Origin: a virus
Reading direction: 5' to 3' (one strand)
Length of the DNA stretch: 64,000 nucleotides
Virus record (IMG/VR): IMGVR_UViG_3300025102_000012
Span: 1-64,000 of that record
Below the pieces are notes generated by a model that saw only the letters and a program-made list of their open reading frames with translations, was not told where the DNA came from and made no database searches. The first letter of the stretch is position 1. The number at the start of each line of letters is the position of its first letter. This document shows, in pieces, positions 18,265 to 27,652 of this stretch. Both the position numbers and the translations under genes were made by a program.

Positions 18265-21200
18265 ATGAAACTCAGCAGTATTGAGAAGGACAAGCAACCT
18301 TCACAAGAAATACTTCGTTTGTTTGAAAAGGTTAGAGTAGCCTATCTATCTGCTAGAAATGACCCTTCCGAGTATGGCGGAAGATGGAGAAGCGCCATAG
18401 AATTAATTAAAGATTCAGCAGAAGAAATGGACGCTACTAGTAATGAAATGAAAGATTACTTGGATTATGATTTATTAGAATCCGAAGAAGGAAATGACCC
18501 TACTTCTTTACAAGCAAAAAAAATATTTGAATCAATAAAAATGCTAAGGTATTCCTCGGATTTAGTTCAAGACCCTTTTGCTAAAAGATTCAAAGGAAAA
18601 GTTTTGGAGGCGCTTTTAGAAAATCCAGATGTTATGGTTAAGTTTGTTCACTATGCTCTTAGAGAAGATGATAATATATTGCCCGATGAACTTTATGCAA
18701 TAAAAGATATGTCTAGTGATAATATTACTCTTGGTCTTAAGGGTCTTGACCTAGAATCAGATGATGTGGCACTATATATTATTGAGCATTATGGAGACGG
18801 AAAAGACTCCAAATCAGTTGAAAAGAAAGTTAAGTCTGCTTTAGATATGTTAGAACTATTGATGTTATCTAGATATGAACAATCTGATTTAGATGAACTA
18901 ATAGAAATAGATGGGTTTGAAACAGAAAAGAAAGAAAAATCATTTAACATTAAAAAGATAATAAAATCTGAAGAAGAAAAATCATTGACAGATTTTATTG
19001 TTCCGAATAAACCAATGTATAGAATATTTGATATAGAAGATATTAACGAATTAAAAGGCTTTAGCGGTGATTGGTTTGTTCAAGAAAAATATGATGGAAT
19101 GAGAATACAGTTACAAAAAATAGATAATAATGTAAAAATATTTTCATACAATAAGAAAGATATTACAGAAAAGTGTAAAGAAATAGTTAAAGAATTAAAA
19201 GAAAAACAATTCGGTAGTTGTATTTTAGATGCCGAATTAATTCTATTTGATGAGGATGAACCATTACATAGGGCAGATACCATAGCCCATGTATTTAAAA
19301 ATAAATATCCTGATGCTAAACTCAAATGTCATGTCTTCGATATTATGCGACACGATGAACAAAACCTATTAGATGAAGAATTGAGTGATAGGATGACTAT
19401 AATGTTTAATAATTATTCTATGCATTCTTCGGATGCTTTGAATTTTCCTTCAAAGAAAGATACTAGACAAGCAGATAATTTAAAAGATGTAGAAGAGTAT
19501 TCTAAAGACATTATGGAGATGCCAACTTCGGAAGGAGTAGTAATAAAAGACTCTACATCTACTTATTATTTAGGAACAAGAAAGAATCCAAAATGGATTA
19601 AGTGGAAGAAGTTTGTAGATTTAGATGTAATAGTATTAGATAAATCTAAAACTAAAAGTAACTTATATTCTTATACTCTAGGAATATCTACTACCGAAGA
19701 AGAGGGTAAATTCATAGAAGATTATCAAGGTAAAAAATACATGAATGTAGGAAAGGCATTGAATACAAAAATTAATGTTGATATTGGTAGTATAATCAGG
19801 GTTAAGGTAGATGAAGTGAAAAGGGCAGGGGATAGATATACTCTATTCTCGGCAAAGGTAATTGAGATACCGGAAGTTACTGAACCGGATAAAGAAGTAA
19901 CTCTAGAACTATTGGCACAAGACACAAAAAAATCTCTTAATTATTCTATTGATGCTTTGAAGAAAGGTATTGTTTTGACTGACCATATTCATGGTGAAAC
20001 TACTGTTATTGCTAAATCTACTATGGATGGATTTACTGTTTATGGTTTTGAAAAGAATAACTTAATGTCTAAGAATGCTATTAAGGATTTAGATATGTGG
20101 AAACAACAAGTAGAAGAAATAATGAAAACTAAACAAAGTTTGCTTACCAATGCTATTTTTCAATTCTTAAAATTAAATGGAGCCAAATCACCAAAGTCTG
20201 TTCATAATTATTTAGTTGAAAAGCACCCTTCATTATATGAAGATGTATTAGAAAGTGAATTTTCTGAACTAAAGGATTGGTCGGAAAGAAGAGATGGTAT
20301 TGAATTTAGTGATGATAAGTTATTCTCAAATCCAAATAAAATAATGCTCAATGATTCTATTAAAAAAAGACTTAATGATTCTATCAAAAAATCACAAAAG
20401 TTAGAGATGTTATCTAGGTTCATGGATGAAAAAAAAACGCCAATGACTAATGTTCCAGTAACCATTGAAAGACAGAAAGAAATACCTATGGTATCTATGA
20501 TTGGTAGTGGTTCGGAAGACAAATGTTGTAATGAACTAAAGCAAAAAATAATTGGCTTTATTGAAAAACGCATTATGGGTAGTTTTGACGATGTGTTTAA
20601 TATGCTATTTGACATAACTGCTGACTCGGAAGAAGATAGGGACTATTTATTTACTGCCTACCTAGATGGAATTTCGCTTGAGCGTGAATCGGAAGAAGAC
20701 AGAATTACTGAATCATCAAAAGAAAAGATAAAGCACTATACTGCGGCTTATTATGGTGAGGCTTTATTAAATATGCCGTGTGATTCGTTGGTAAATAAAA
20801 TTAGAGAAAAACCATACTTTACTCAAATGACAACTTTTATTGAAGAATATGATAAGTGTAGCACAGGATTTGATTCGGATTTTTCCGATAAATACGCCAT
20901 GTTAAAGTCATATAAAACTCCCGAAGAATATAGAGAAGGAGAATTCAAAATCTATATGAGAAAAGATAACAACCTAAATATTGTAATGAAGTTAGGTGAT
21001 GAATCAATCAATTGGTTAGTAGATATACAAGACGAAGAGGAGTTGTTTGATATGTTTGGTAAAGCGGGCAAATACCCTGCTGAAGTTGCTAAGACTATTG
21101 ACAAAGAAAAGACAATTGATACAGGTAAAGTCGAATTAGGAGTTCAAAGACATGGCTATCATGAATATTTCTTAGAAGGAAATAAGTTTGAAACTAAACT

Positions 21201-21345
21201 ACATATTAGAGTTCTTCCCGTAAAAGATAAGAAAATGTGGTTAGCATGGACTGGATATGAACAAAAACCAGTAGACCAAGAAGAAGATAAAGGTATTTGG
21301 AATATATATGAAGATAAATTCAATTATATTGATATTCCCCGTTAA
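18265..21345 (+). CDS. lig: ATP-dependent DNA ligase with large N- and C-terminal extensions
   Basis: Motif I QEKYDGMR, III LDAELI, IIIa VFDIM, IV EGVVIKD, V WIKWK; OB-fold region follows. Confidence 0.88.
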   Translation: MKLSSIEKDKQPSQEILRLFEKVRVAYLSARNDPSEYGGRWRSAIELIKDSAEEMDATSNEMKDYLDYDLLESEEGNDPTSLQAKKIFESIKMLRYSSDLVQDPFAKRFKGKVLEALLENPDVMVKFVHYALREDDNILPDELYAIKDMSSDNITLGLKGLDLESDDVALYIIEHYGDGKDSKSVEKKVKSALDMLELLMLSRYEQSDLDELIEIDGFETEKKEKSFNIKKIIKSEEEKSLTDFIVPNKPMYRIFDIEDINELKGFSGDWFVQEKYDGMRIQLQKIDNNVKIFSYNKKDITEKCKEIVKELKEKQFGSCILDAELILFDEDEPLHRADTIAHVFKNKYPDAKLKCHVFDIMRHDEQNLLDEELSDRMTIMFNNYSMHSSDALNFPSKKDTRQADNLKDVEEYSKDIMEMPTSEGVVIKDSTSTYYLGTRKNPKWIKWKKFVDLDVIVLDKSKTKSNLYSYTLGISTTEEEGKFIEDYQGKKYMNVGKALNTKINVDIGSIIRVKVDEVKRAGDRYTLFSAKVIEIPEVTEPDKEVTLELLAQDTKKSLNYSIDALKKGIVLTDHIHGETTVIAKSTMDGFTVYGFEKNNLMSKNAIKDLDMWKQQVEEIMKTKQSLLTNAIFQFLKLNGAKSPKSVHNYLVEKHPSLYEDVLESEFSELKDWSERRDGIEFSDDKLFSNPNKIMLNDSIKKRLNDSIKKSQKLEMLSRFMDEKKTPMTNVPVTIERQKEIPMVSMIGSGSEDKCCNELKQKIIGFIEKRIMGSFDDVFNMLFDITADSEEDRDYLFTAYLDGISLERESEEDRITESSKEKIKHYTAAYYGEALLNMPCDSLVNKIREKPYFTQMTTFIEEYDKCSTGFDSDFSDKYAMLKSYKTPEEYREGEFKIYMRKDNNLNIVMKLGDESINWLVDIQDEEELFDMFGKAGKYPAEVAKTIDKEKTIDTGKVELGVQRHGYHEYFLEGNKFETKLHIRVLPVKDKKMWLAWTGYEQKPVDQEEDKGIWNIYEDKFNYIDIPR
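20347..20394 (+). repeat. 24-bp imperfect tandem duplication (LNDSIKK x2)
   Basis: ctcaatgattctattaaaaaaaga / cttaatgattctatcaaaaaatca. Confidence 0.8.
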
Positions 21346-21392
21346 TGGGCTGTTCTTTAAATAGTCGGTTTAACAAGAGGGTGTTGAGGAGA

Positions 21393-22580
21393 ATGAGTTC
21401 CGCTACTGTGGCAAGACCATCTAATGATTTCAGGATTCTCAAAAGTCAAGACGATTTAATGATTGGAGGATATGCAAGCATAGAAATCGTTGATAAACAA
21501 AATGACTTAATTACACTTAAAGCACTACAAGATGCAGTAACAAAATATATGGAGAACCCGAAGTTTAGAAATGTAATGACTAATCATTCTAATGTTCAAG
21601 TCGGGGAAGTAGTAAAATCGTATAGAGACAAAAGCGGAAAAATATGGAAAACCGAAGTTGATGATGTAGGATTCTTTGTAGTGATTAAATTAAGAGACGA
21701 CATAGAAAAAGCCAAAGAAATTAATAGAGGCGTAAGAAAAGGTTCATTGAGGAGTTTTAGTATAGGGGGACAGGCAATTCAAAAAGTAAAGAAAAGCCAC
21801 CCCGAATTAGGACAATACAATGAAATAAGCAAACTAGAGTTACATGAGGTTACGATTTGTGAAAAAGGAATTAACCCGGAAGCAAGGTTTGATATATTGA
21901 AACAAGAAAAGGTAAATAATATGAGTAAATTAGAAAAAGCGCTTGCAGAATTGGACACACTTATGAGTGAGGTCAATTCTCTAAGAAAAGAAGAAATGGA
22001 GAGCATGGATATGAAAGAAGAAGAAAAAATAATGGACGAAAAGATGGATGATGGAGAAATGGCTCCACTAGAAGAGGAAAAAGGCGATTATCAAGATGAT
22101 GAAATGAAAGCCGTTGTTTCTACTCTAGATGGTGCAGGTGTCGAAATCGGAGAACCGGCAGATAGAATAGTTATTGATAATGGAAAACCTAAAGCAACTG
22201 ATATGCCAGTTGTAAAGGCTTTTGATTCAAATGAATTCGATACTCTTGATTTGTCAAATGAAAACATTGAGAAGGCTTACGAGGCTTTCCGTCAAGAGCA
22301 ACTTGAGAAGTTGGCTTACGACAATCTTCAAAAGACATTTGAAACTAGATTTTCAAGTGAAATATCTCTAAGAGAAGACAGGCTAGCAAAGTCGCAATAT
22401 GATGCCGCTAGTGAAATCGCTTCTCTAAAAGAAGAATTCACACAATTAAGAAAGTCTTTAACTGCTGAAAAGGAAACAATCCTAAAAACAGCAGAAGACA
22501 GTAAAGTTACACTCCCATCTTTGGATGAAATTGCAGAAATGGAATGGAATGACATTCACAAAATGGTAGGGGGTTATTAA
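21393..22580 (+). CDS. Prohead (maturation) protease fused to acidic coiled-coil scaffold
   Basis: IGGYAS..IVDKQND, MTNH, SFSIGG, EVTIC..GINPEA (HK97-type); GAGGAG SD before ATG21393; directly upstream of MCP. Confidence 0.88.
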   Translation: MSSATVARPSNDFRILKSQDDLMIGGYASIEIVDKQNDLITLKALQDAVTKYMENPKFRNVMTNHSNVQVGEVVKSYRDKSGKIWKTEVDDVGFFVVIKLRDDIEKAKEINRGVRKGSLRSFSIGGQAIQKVKKSHPELGQYNEISKLELHEVTICEKGINPEARFDILKQEKVNNMSKLEKALAELDTLMSEVNSLRKEEMESMDMKEEEKIMDEKMDDGEMAPLEEEKGDYQDDEMKAVVSTLDGAGVEIGEPADRIVIDNGKPKATDMPVVKAFDSNEFDTLDLSNENIEKAYEAFRQEQLEKLAYDNLQKTFETRFSSEISLREDRLAKSQYDAASEIASLKEEFTQLRKSLTAEKETILKTAEDSKVTLPSLDEIAEMEWNDIHKMVGGY

Positions 22581-22581
22581 A

Positions 22582-23922
22582 ATGTCAGGATATATTAACA
22601 CAATAGCAGATTTAGAAGCACAAACATACGGATTTAGTCTCGGTGGAAGCAGTAACATGCTTTTGAAAACCGCAGGGGCAGTAAGTGGCATTCATGCTGG
22701 TCATGATGCATCTTCCCAAGCACAACCTACTACTGGTGTTGCAGGTAATCTTTACAATGTTCTATACGGACAAAAGGTTTGGTCAATGCTAAACAGGGAA
22801 GTAAATGCTCTATCAGTTATGGCTAAGAGGCCATATACTTCTAGTGGTTGGAGAGTTCTATCAAAAAGACCTGCTGGTGGAAGCGGTAACAAACATGCTT
22901 TCGTTCAAACTGGTGCTTTGGCTACAGCAACTAATCCCGGTGGCGACAACCCAAGATTAGATGTAATTGGTGGTGTAGAAGAAAACGCTTCACTATCTAC
23001 TGGTGGATTAATTGCTATTGCTCCGGAATATTCTGTATTGAATATGTCTCCGAAAATCGTTGCACATCAATTTGATTTCAGCGAATTGGCTATGGAAATG
23101 GCGGCAATTGACGATGGAATTGGTGACATTAGAGCGCAGATGAGAGAAGACATGGGTAAGCACCATGCTGAATCACAGAATCTAATGCTAGTTTCTCCTC
23201 TAGAAGCATATGTACAAGCAGATAAAACTAATGCAGCAGCAAACATTGAAAGAAACTATACTTCACTTTACAAAGTTATTTCTTCAAATGCAGAATTAGA
23301 CAAGATGGTTAGCGATAACTTCCCACAAGGTTCACTTACTGCTGATGGTCACGAAGCATACCACATTTACGGAACTAACCGTGATGATGCTTCTTTCCTA
23401 GATGCAACTATTGATTTTGGTGACGGATATGCAAGTGGAGATTCAAGACCATTTACACTAACAATTATGAACAGTCTATTGCGACAACTCCGTGAAAACG
23501 GTGGTTCTCCAAAGGTTATTCTAACAGGATATGATACTATCCAAACTCTTTCTGACTTGCTACAAAGCCAAGAAAGATTCATGGATAGAAAAGAGATTGT
23601 CCCAACTGTAAACGGTGTTAGAGGAACAAAAGGTGCAGAAGTTGGATTTAGAGTTGCTACTTACTACGATATACCACTAATTCCTGTAGTCTCTATGCAA
23701 AGCACTTCTGTTGACAGTGGAACAATTAGCGATATGCTATTCCTTGATACTGACCATATGTGGCTATCTGTTATGAAACCAACTCAATACTTTGAAGATG
23801 GTATTAGCAATGGAAACCCATTCGGTGTAAATCAACTTGGAAACAAGGCTCTTTACAGAACAATTGCAGAAGTTGGTTGTTCATACTTTAAGGGTCAAGG
23901 CAAAATTACTAACTTAAAGTGA
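22582..23922 (+). CDS. Major capsid protein
   Basis: 446 aa, directly after protease/scaffold; HK97-like C-terminal pattern (YYDIPLIP...MLFLD...GKITNL). Confidence 0.82.
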   Translation: MSGYINTIADLEAQTYGFSLGGSSNMLLKTAGAVSGIHAGHDASSQAQPTTGVAGNLYNVLYGQKVWSMLNREVNALSVMAKRPYTSSGWRVLSKRPAGGSGNKHAFVQTGALATATNPGGDNPRLDVIGGVEENASLSTGGLIAIAPEYSVLNMSPKIVAHQFDFSELAMEMAAIDDGIGDIRAQMREDMGKHHAESQNLMLVSPLEAYVQADKTNAAANIERNYTSLYKVISSNAELDKMVSDNFPQGSLTADGHEAYHIYGTNRDDASFLDATIDFGDGYASGDSRPFTLTIMNSLLRQLRENGGSPKVILTGYDTIQTLSDLLQSQERFMDRKEIVPTVNGVRGTKGAEVGFRVATYYDIPLIPVVSMQSTSVDSGTISDMLFLDTDHMWLSVMKPTQYFEDGISNGNPFGVNQLGNKALYRTIAEVGCSYFKGQGKITNLK

Positions 23923-23932
23923 GGTGTTTTAA

Positions 23933-24295
23933 TTGGGATTAGTTAAAGCAGTTACAATTTTAGCAGACCATAAGGGTATGACTACCCCTAGAGTCTCAGG
24001 AGACGAATACTTCGTTGACGCTATTTGTGATATTACTCAAGTAGTTGCGGCAGGTTCAGTTATACCCGCTTCCGATTTCGGATTAAAGACTATTACTGCG
24101 GTTATGATTACAGGCGACGATAACCCTAACAACAGCACTAATGATATCGGTATTAAAGTAGAATGTTCTGCTACAGGTGCATATGAATCAGCGACATCCG
24201 TTGCTTTTATGCACACAACAGTTGCTAGTGGAACAACACTGTCTAATGATGCTGATGGCGGTACAGTTAGAGTAAGAGTTTACGGAAACCTTTGA
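23933..24295 (+). CDS. Putative minor capsid/decoration protein
   Basis: Beta-rich 120 aa after MCP; GAGGTG SD, TTG start. Confidence 0.5.
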   Translation: MGLVKAVTILADHKGMTTPRVSGDEYFVDAICDITQVVAAGSVIPASDFGLKTITAVMITGDDNPNNSTNDIGIKVECSATGAYESATSVAFMHTTVASGTTLSNDADGGTVRVRVYGNL

Positions 24296-24304
24296 GGTGT
24301 TTAA

Positions 24305-24634
24305 TTGCCTAAAGTATCTCTAAGCGAAGATGCTACAATAACCCGTCTACAAACACCTTTTGGTATTATCTTGAGAAGAGAATCAATTGATGTCCCTGTA
24401 GAATGGGCTTTGTTGCGAATAAAGGATTCTAACCTAATGTTTGTATTTGGCGAAGAAGATAGAAAGGATGTATCTAATGTTGATTCTAGACTATTACCTA
24501 CTCTAAGTAGAGTATTAGGACAGGAAGTAGATGCATCTACTCTATCTTCTCTCCTTCTTCCGATAAAAAAGAAGACAAGAGCAAAAAAAGCATCAACTCC
24601 AAAAAAATCCGTAAAGGCTGAAAAGGCCGAATAA
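24305..24634 (+). CDS. Hypothetical protein with basic C-terminal tail
   Basis: GAGGTG SD, TTG start. Confidence 0.6.
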   Translation: MPKVSLSEDATITRLQTPFGIILRRESIDVPVEWALLRIKDSNLMFVFGEEDRKDVSNVDSRLLPTLSRVLGQEVDASTLSSLLLPIKKKTRAKKASTPKKSVKAEKAE

Positions 24635-24684
24635 GGAGAAACTGTTAAGAGTCTTGGCTCACAACAGTCGAATGAGGGAATGAC

Positions 24685-24984
24685 ATGGGAACGAGTTGTA
24701 GAAGTAGCGGTGTTTTAACAACAGCAACAAATACTGTATTTGTAGGACAATGTAAATTTGTTTCTATTCACGCAGTAGCAACAGATACAGCCGCTACAAC
24801 AATTAGAGTGTTTGATAATGCATCAGCCGCTAGTGGAACAGAAGTGGCTAGACTAATTGTTGGCGGTAGTTATCCATTTACTGCTGAATTTGATATGCAT
24901 GGTGTTATTTGCAGTAATGGACTTACTGCTTCTATATCTACCGGAAGTAATGAAGCGGCAGCAATTACCATAGAATTCTCTTGA
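24685..24984 (+). CDS. Small beta-rich putative virion protein
   Basis: 99 aa, T/A/S-rich, GAGGG SD. Confidence 0.55.
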   Translation: MGTSCRSSGVLTTATNTVFVGQCKFVSIHAVATDTAATTIRVFDNASAASGTEVARLIVGGSYPFTAEFDMHGVICSNGLTASISTGSNEAAAITIEFS

Positions 24985-24993
24985 GGTGTTTTT

Positions 24994-25392
24994 TTGGCGG
25001 CTTTGAATACAGACACTAGACTAGTAATGACTATACTTTTTGTTGGAGCATTAAGTGGAACAAATGTATTTGCTTATGCTCAATTTGGAACAGGATTCCC
25101 ATATGGCGCACTAGCACATTCGCTTCTATTTGGTTTAGGAACAATAGGTGCAATAATGGTAATGAAAGCATTATTTGATTTAGCACTTAATGATAAAATA
25201 GAGATGTGGCTACTAGATAGAAAGATTGCCGCATATTGGGAAAGAAAGGCTAGAGACGAACAACAAAGACAAAAAATGCGTGAAAGCGCAAGACAATACG
25301 GTTCTAATAATCCATTTTATAGTCCTCCTCAACAGACTATGCAAGAAGATGATAATAGCGTAGGGAATGAATTTTTAGCCACTTTACAATGA
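24994..25392 (+). CDS. Membrane protein (2 TM + charged helix)
   Basis: Two hydrophobic segments then KARDEQQRQKMRE; GAGGTG SD. Confidence 0.7.
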   Translation: MAALNTDTRLVMTILFVGALSGTNVFAYAQFGTGFPYGALAHSLLFGLGTIGAIMVMKALFDLALNDKIEMWLLDRKIAAYWERKARDEQQRQKMRESARQYGSNNPFYSPPQQTMQEDDNSVGNEFLATLQ

Positions 25393-25401
25393 GGTGGGTA
25401 G

Positions 25402-25620
25402 ATGGTTTTTGGAGACTTAATGGGATTTAGCGATTCCGATTATGCTTATAATCAAACAAGAGCGCATTCAGCAGATATTTTCTTTTTGAAAATGAGAGCA
25501 TGGTTTTGGGGTAGTTTTACTACTCTTTCTATGTTTCTTGTTGGTAATATAATGGGAGTATTTGATATAAATATAATGGGTTGGATTATAGACGGAGTTA
25601 AAACTTTATGGGGGCATTGA
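25402..25620 (+). CDS. Small membrane protein
   Basis: Hydrophobic segment WFWGSFTTLSMFLVGNIMGVF; GAGGTG SD. Confidence 0.65.
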   Translation: MVFGDLMGFSDSDYAYNQTRAHSADIFFLKMRAWFWGSFTTLSMFLVGNIMGVFDINIMGWIIDGVKTLWGH

Positions 25621-26289
25621 ATGTCTTTAATGACAGGCTTTGCTATATTAGTTGGTGAAGCAGTAATTGGTTTTTGGAAGAAAGTTCACGCAATTAATTT
25701 TGGAGTATATGGGGCGACAATGGTTGGTAAAACAACTTTAAGTCATCAACTTAGAACAAGAGGAGAAGTTCCTCAAATTAATGAAAGAACTGTTGGATTA
25801 CATAGGGCTTCAAGAAAAAATGTTAAAATAGATGGAGACTCACATACAATCAAGAGCGCTGATATAGGAGGAGAAGCGATTTATTGGAAAGAATGGGTCA
25901 AAGATATGCAAAAGCGTAGAGTAAAATATATTATTTTTATGATAGACCATAGACACTTAGACAACAATTCAAATTTAGACCATCAAGTAGCATGGAAATT
26001 TTTAGTAGATACTATTGTTTCTAATCTTTGGCCTACTGGTAGAAAGAAAAAAGATTCGGATTACCCTATGGCTGTAGGTATTTGGGCGAACAAATTCGAC
26101 ATATGGGGAGAAAAATATCCATTGGAGAAAGACCAAACTATAGACAAACATGAAATATTTGAACCTTTTAAGTATGGAATGAGACAACTTAACGATAAAG
26201 GAATACCCTGTTTCAAATATATAGTATCAGCAAAGTCAGACCCGGAAATGGTATATAGAGGCGTAATGACGATGATAAAAGACTACTGA
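25621..26289 (+). CDS. Arf/Sar1-like small GTPase
   Basis: G1 GATMVGKTT, G2 RTVG, G3 DIGGE, IIFMID, G4 NKFD, G5 SAK; N-terminal amphipathic helix. Confidence 0.85.
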   Translation: MSLMTGFAILVGEAVIGFWKKVHAINFGVYGATMVGKTTLSHQLRTRGEVPQINERTVGLHRASRKNVKIDGDSHTIKSADIGGEAIYWKEWVKDMQKRRVKYIIFMIDHRHLDNNSNLDHQVAWKFLVDTIVSNLWPTGRKKKDSDYPMAVGIWANKFDIWGEKYPLEKDQTIDKHEIFEPFKYGMRQLNDKGIPCFKYIVSAKSDPEMVYRGVMTMIKDY

Positions 26290-26299
26290 GGAATGAAAG

Positions 26300-26974
26300 A
26301 TGTATCAGCAACAAATAATAGGGCAAACAGCGCCGCAGAATTTTAACCCGCTACTTAACCCAATAGAGCAAGCAAGAACTAGTGGAAACATTATCGAGTA
26401 TAAGCCTTTAGCAATAAAGCCAAATAAACAAAGAAAAGAATATATCAAGGTATTAACCGCAGAACCTAAAAAGTTTTTATTCATTAAATATGGTAAAAAG
26501 TTCAACATGAAAGATAGGTGTGTAGTGTGTGGAATGCATCATATTTGGGAACAGGGTGATTATCTTAGACCACCAATTCCTCTTGATAAGGTAATCAAAG
26601 GACGGCCTTTGATGGGAACTTATTGTCCTAAACACTCTTCTATATTTACTCAACTAGAAATACTAGACCAACAAATTTTAGCAGAAAAACATGGTCTAGA
26701 ATATAAAGGATTTAAACCTAGAATGCCTAAAATACTTAAAAGTGGGCCAGTTTCTAGCCTATCAAAACAAGACATTGTGGCACTAACGGCAAACGGTTAT
26801 TTAATAAAGCCACCAACTTTAGGGGATAACAGGTCAGCGACTAACGAAGCCGTAGAGATAGTCGGGGAAATAAATATACTAACTGATAGATTAAATTATT
26901 TAATGATAAATAGAGAAGTTAAGGTTGATGACATTAAAAAAGAAGCATCTAAAAAAGAAGAAAATGAGGAATAA
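26300..26974 (+). CDS. Hypothetical protein with putative Zn-binding motif
   Basis: CVVCGMHH...YCPKH. Confidence 0.6.
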   Translation: MYQQQIIGQTAPQNFNPLLNPIEQARTSGNIIEYKPLAIKPNKQRKEYIKVLTAEPKKFLFIKYGKKFNMKDRCVVCGMHHIWEQGDYLRPPIPLDKVIKGRPLMGTYCPKHSSIFTQLEILDQQILAEKHGLEYKGFKPRMPKILKSGPVSSLSKQDIVALTANGYLIKPPTLGDNRSATNEAVEIVGEINILTDRLNYLMINREVKVDDIKKEASKKEENEE

Positions 26975-26976
26975 TA

Positions 26977-27639
26977 ATGGGACTATTAGGGACAAGTAAC
27001 GGAACAGTGCTGGCATCTGTACAACAACAAAGCGACCAACAATTTAAAAATGTAAATAATCTACTTTCTTTACAAGATAACCATGTTGAAGAATTTTTTC
27101 AATATCACGGAGAGCATTTTCTAACCGCTTTTGAAAAATTAATGGAAGATGTTATCGAAAGAGTAGTTTCTAAAATGTTGGCTAAGTTAGAATTTACAAC
27201 TAGTGGCGGAAACATTACTTTGAACAATGAATGTTTAAGAGAATATGAGAGAATAACGCAAGAGAATATAGATTTAGATATTCAATCAATACTTGGTGCG
27301 GCTTTAAATGCAGAAGTAATTAATCAAAGAAAGATGGCTAAACAACAATATTTAGAATCTCAAGGATTTAATAATGGTGGAGGACAAATGCCTATGCAAC
27401 AACCTTCAGCAGGAATGGCATTAGCAAATGTAACTGGGAATACTCAACAATTTAATCAAATGAATGGTGCCATGAATAATGGTAGTGGTTATCCTATTCC
27501 TCCTAGTGGAACAGACGGATATGGTAGGCCATATTGGATTGACCAACAAGGGCAAATGAGTTACGAACCCCCACAAAGCGGATTAGGTCTAGGCGGAGCA
27601 ATACAAAAAACTGCGGCTTGGGCTAAATGGTTAATGTGA
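26977..27639 (+). CDS. Hypothetical protein with Q/G/M/N-rich low-complexity region and amphipathic C-terminus
   Basis: GGGQMPMQQP...; ends AIQKTAAWAKWLM. Confidence 0.65.
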   Translation: MGLLGTSNGTVLASVQQQSDQQFKNVNNLLSLQDNHVEEFFQYHGEHFLTAFEKLMEDVIERVVSKMLAKLEFTTSGGNITLNNECLREYERITQENIDLDIQSILGAALNAEVINQRKMAKQQYLESQGFNNGGGQMPMQQPSAGMALANVTGNTQQFNQMNGAMNNGSGYPIPPSGTDGYGRPYWIDQQGQMSYEPPQSGLGLGGAIQKTAAWAKWLM

Positions 27640-27652
27640 GGAGGAATGTAGT

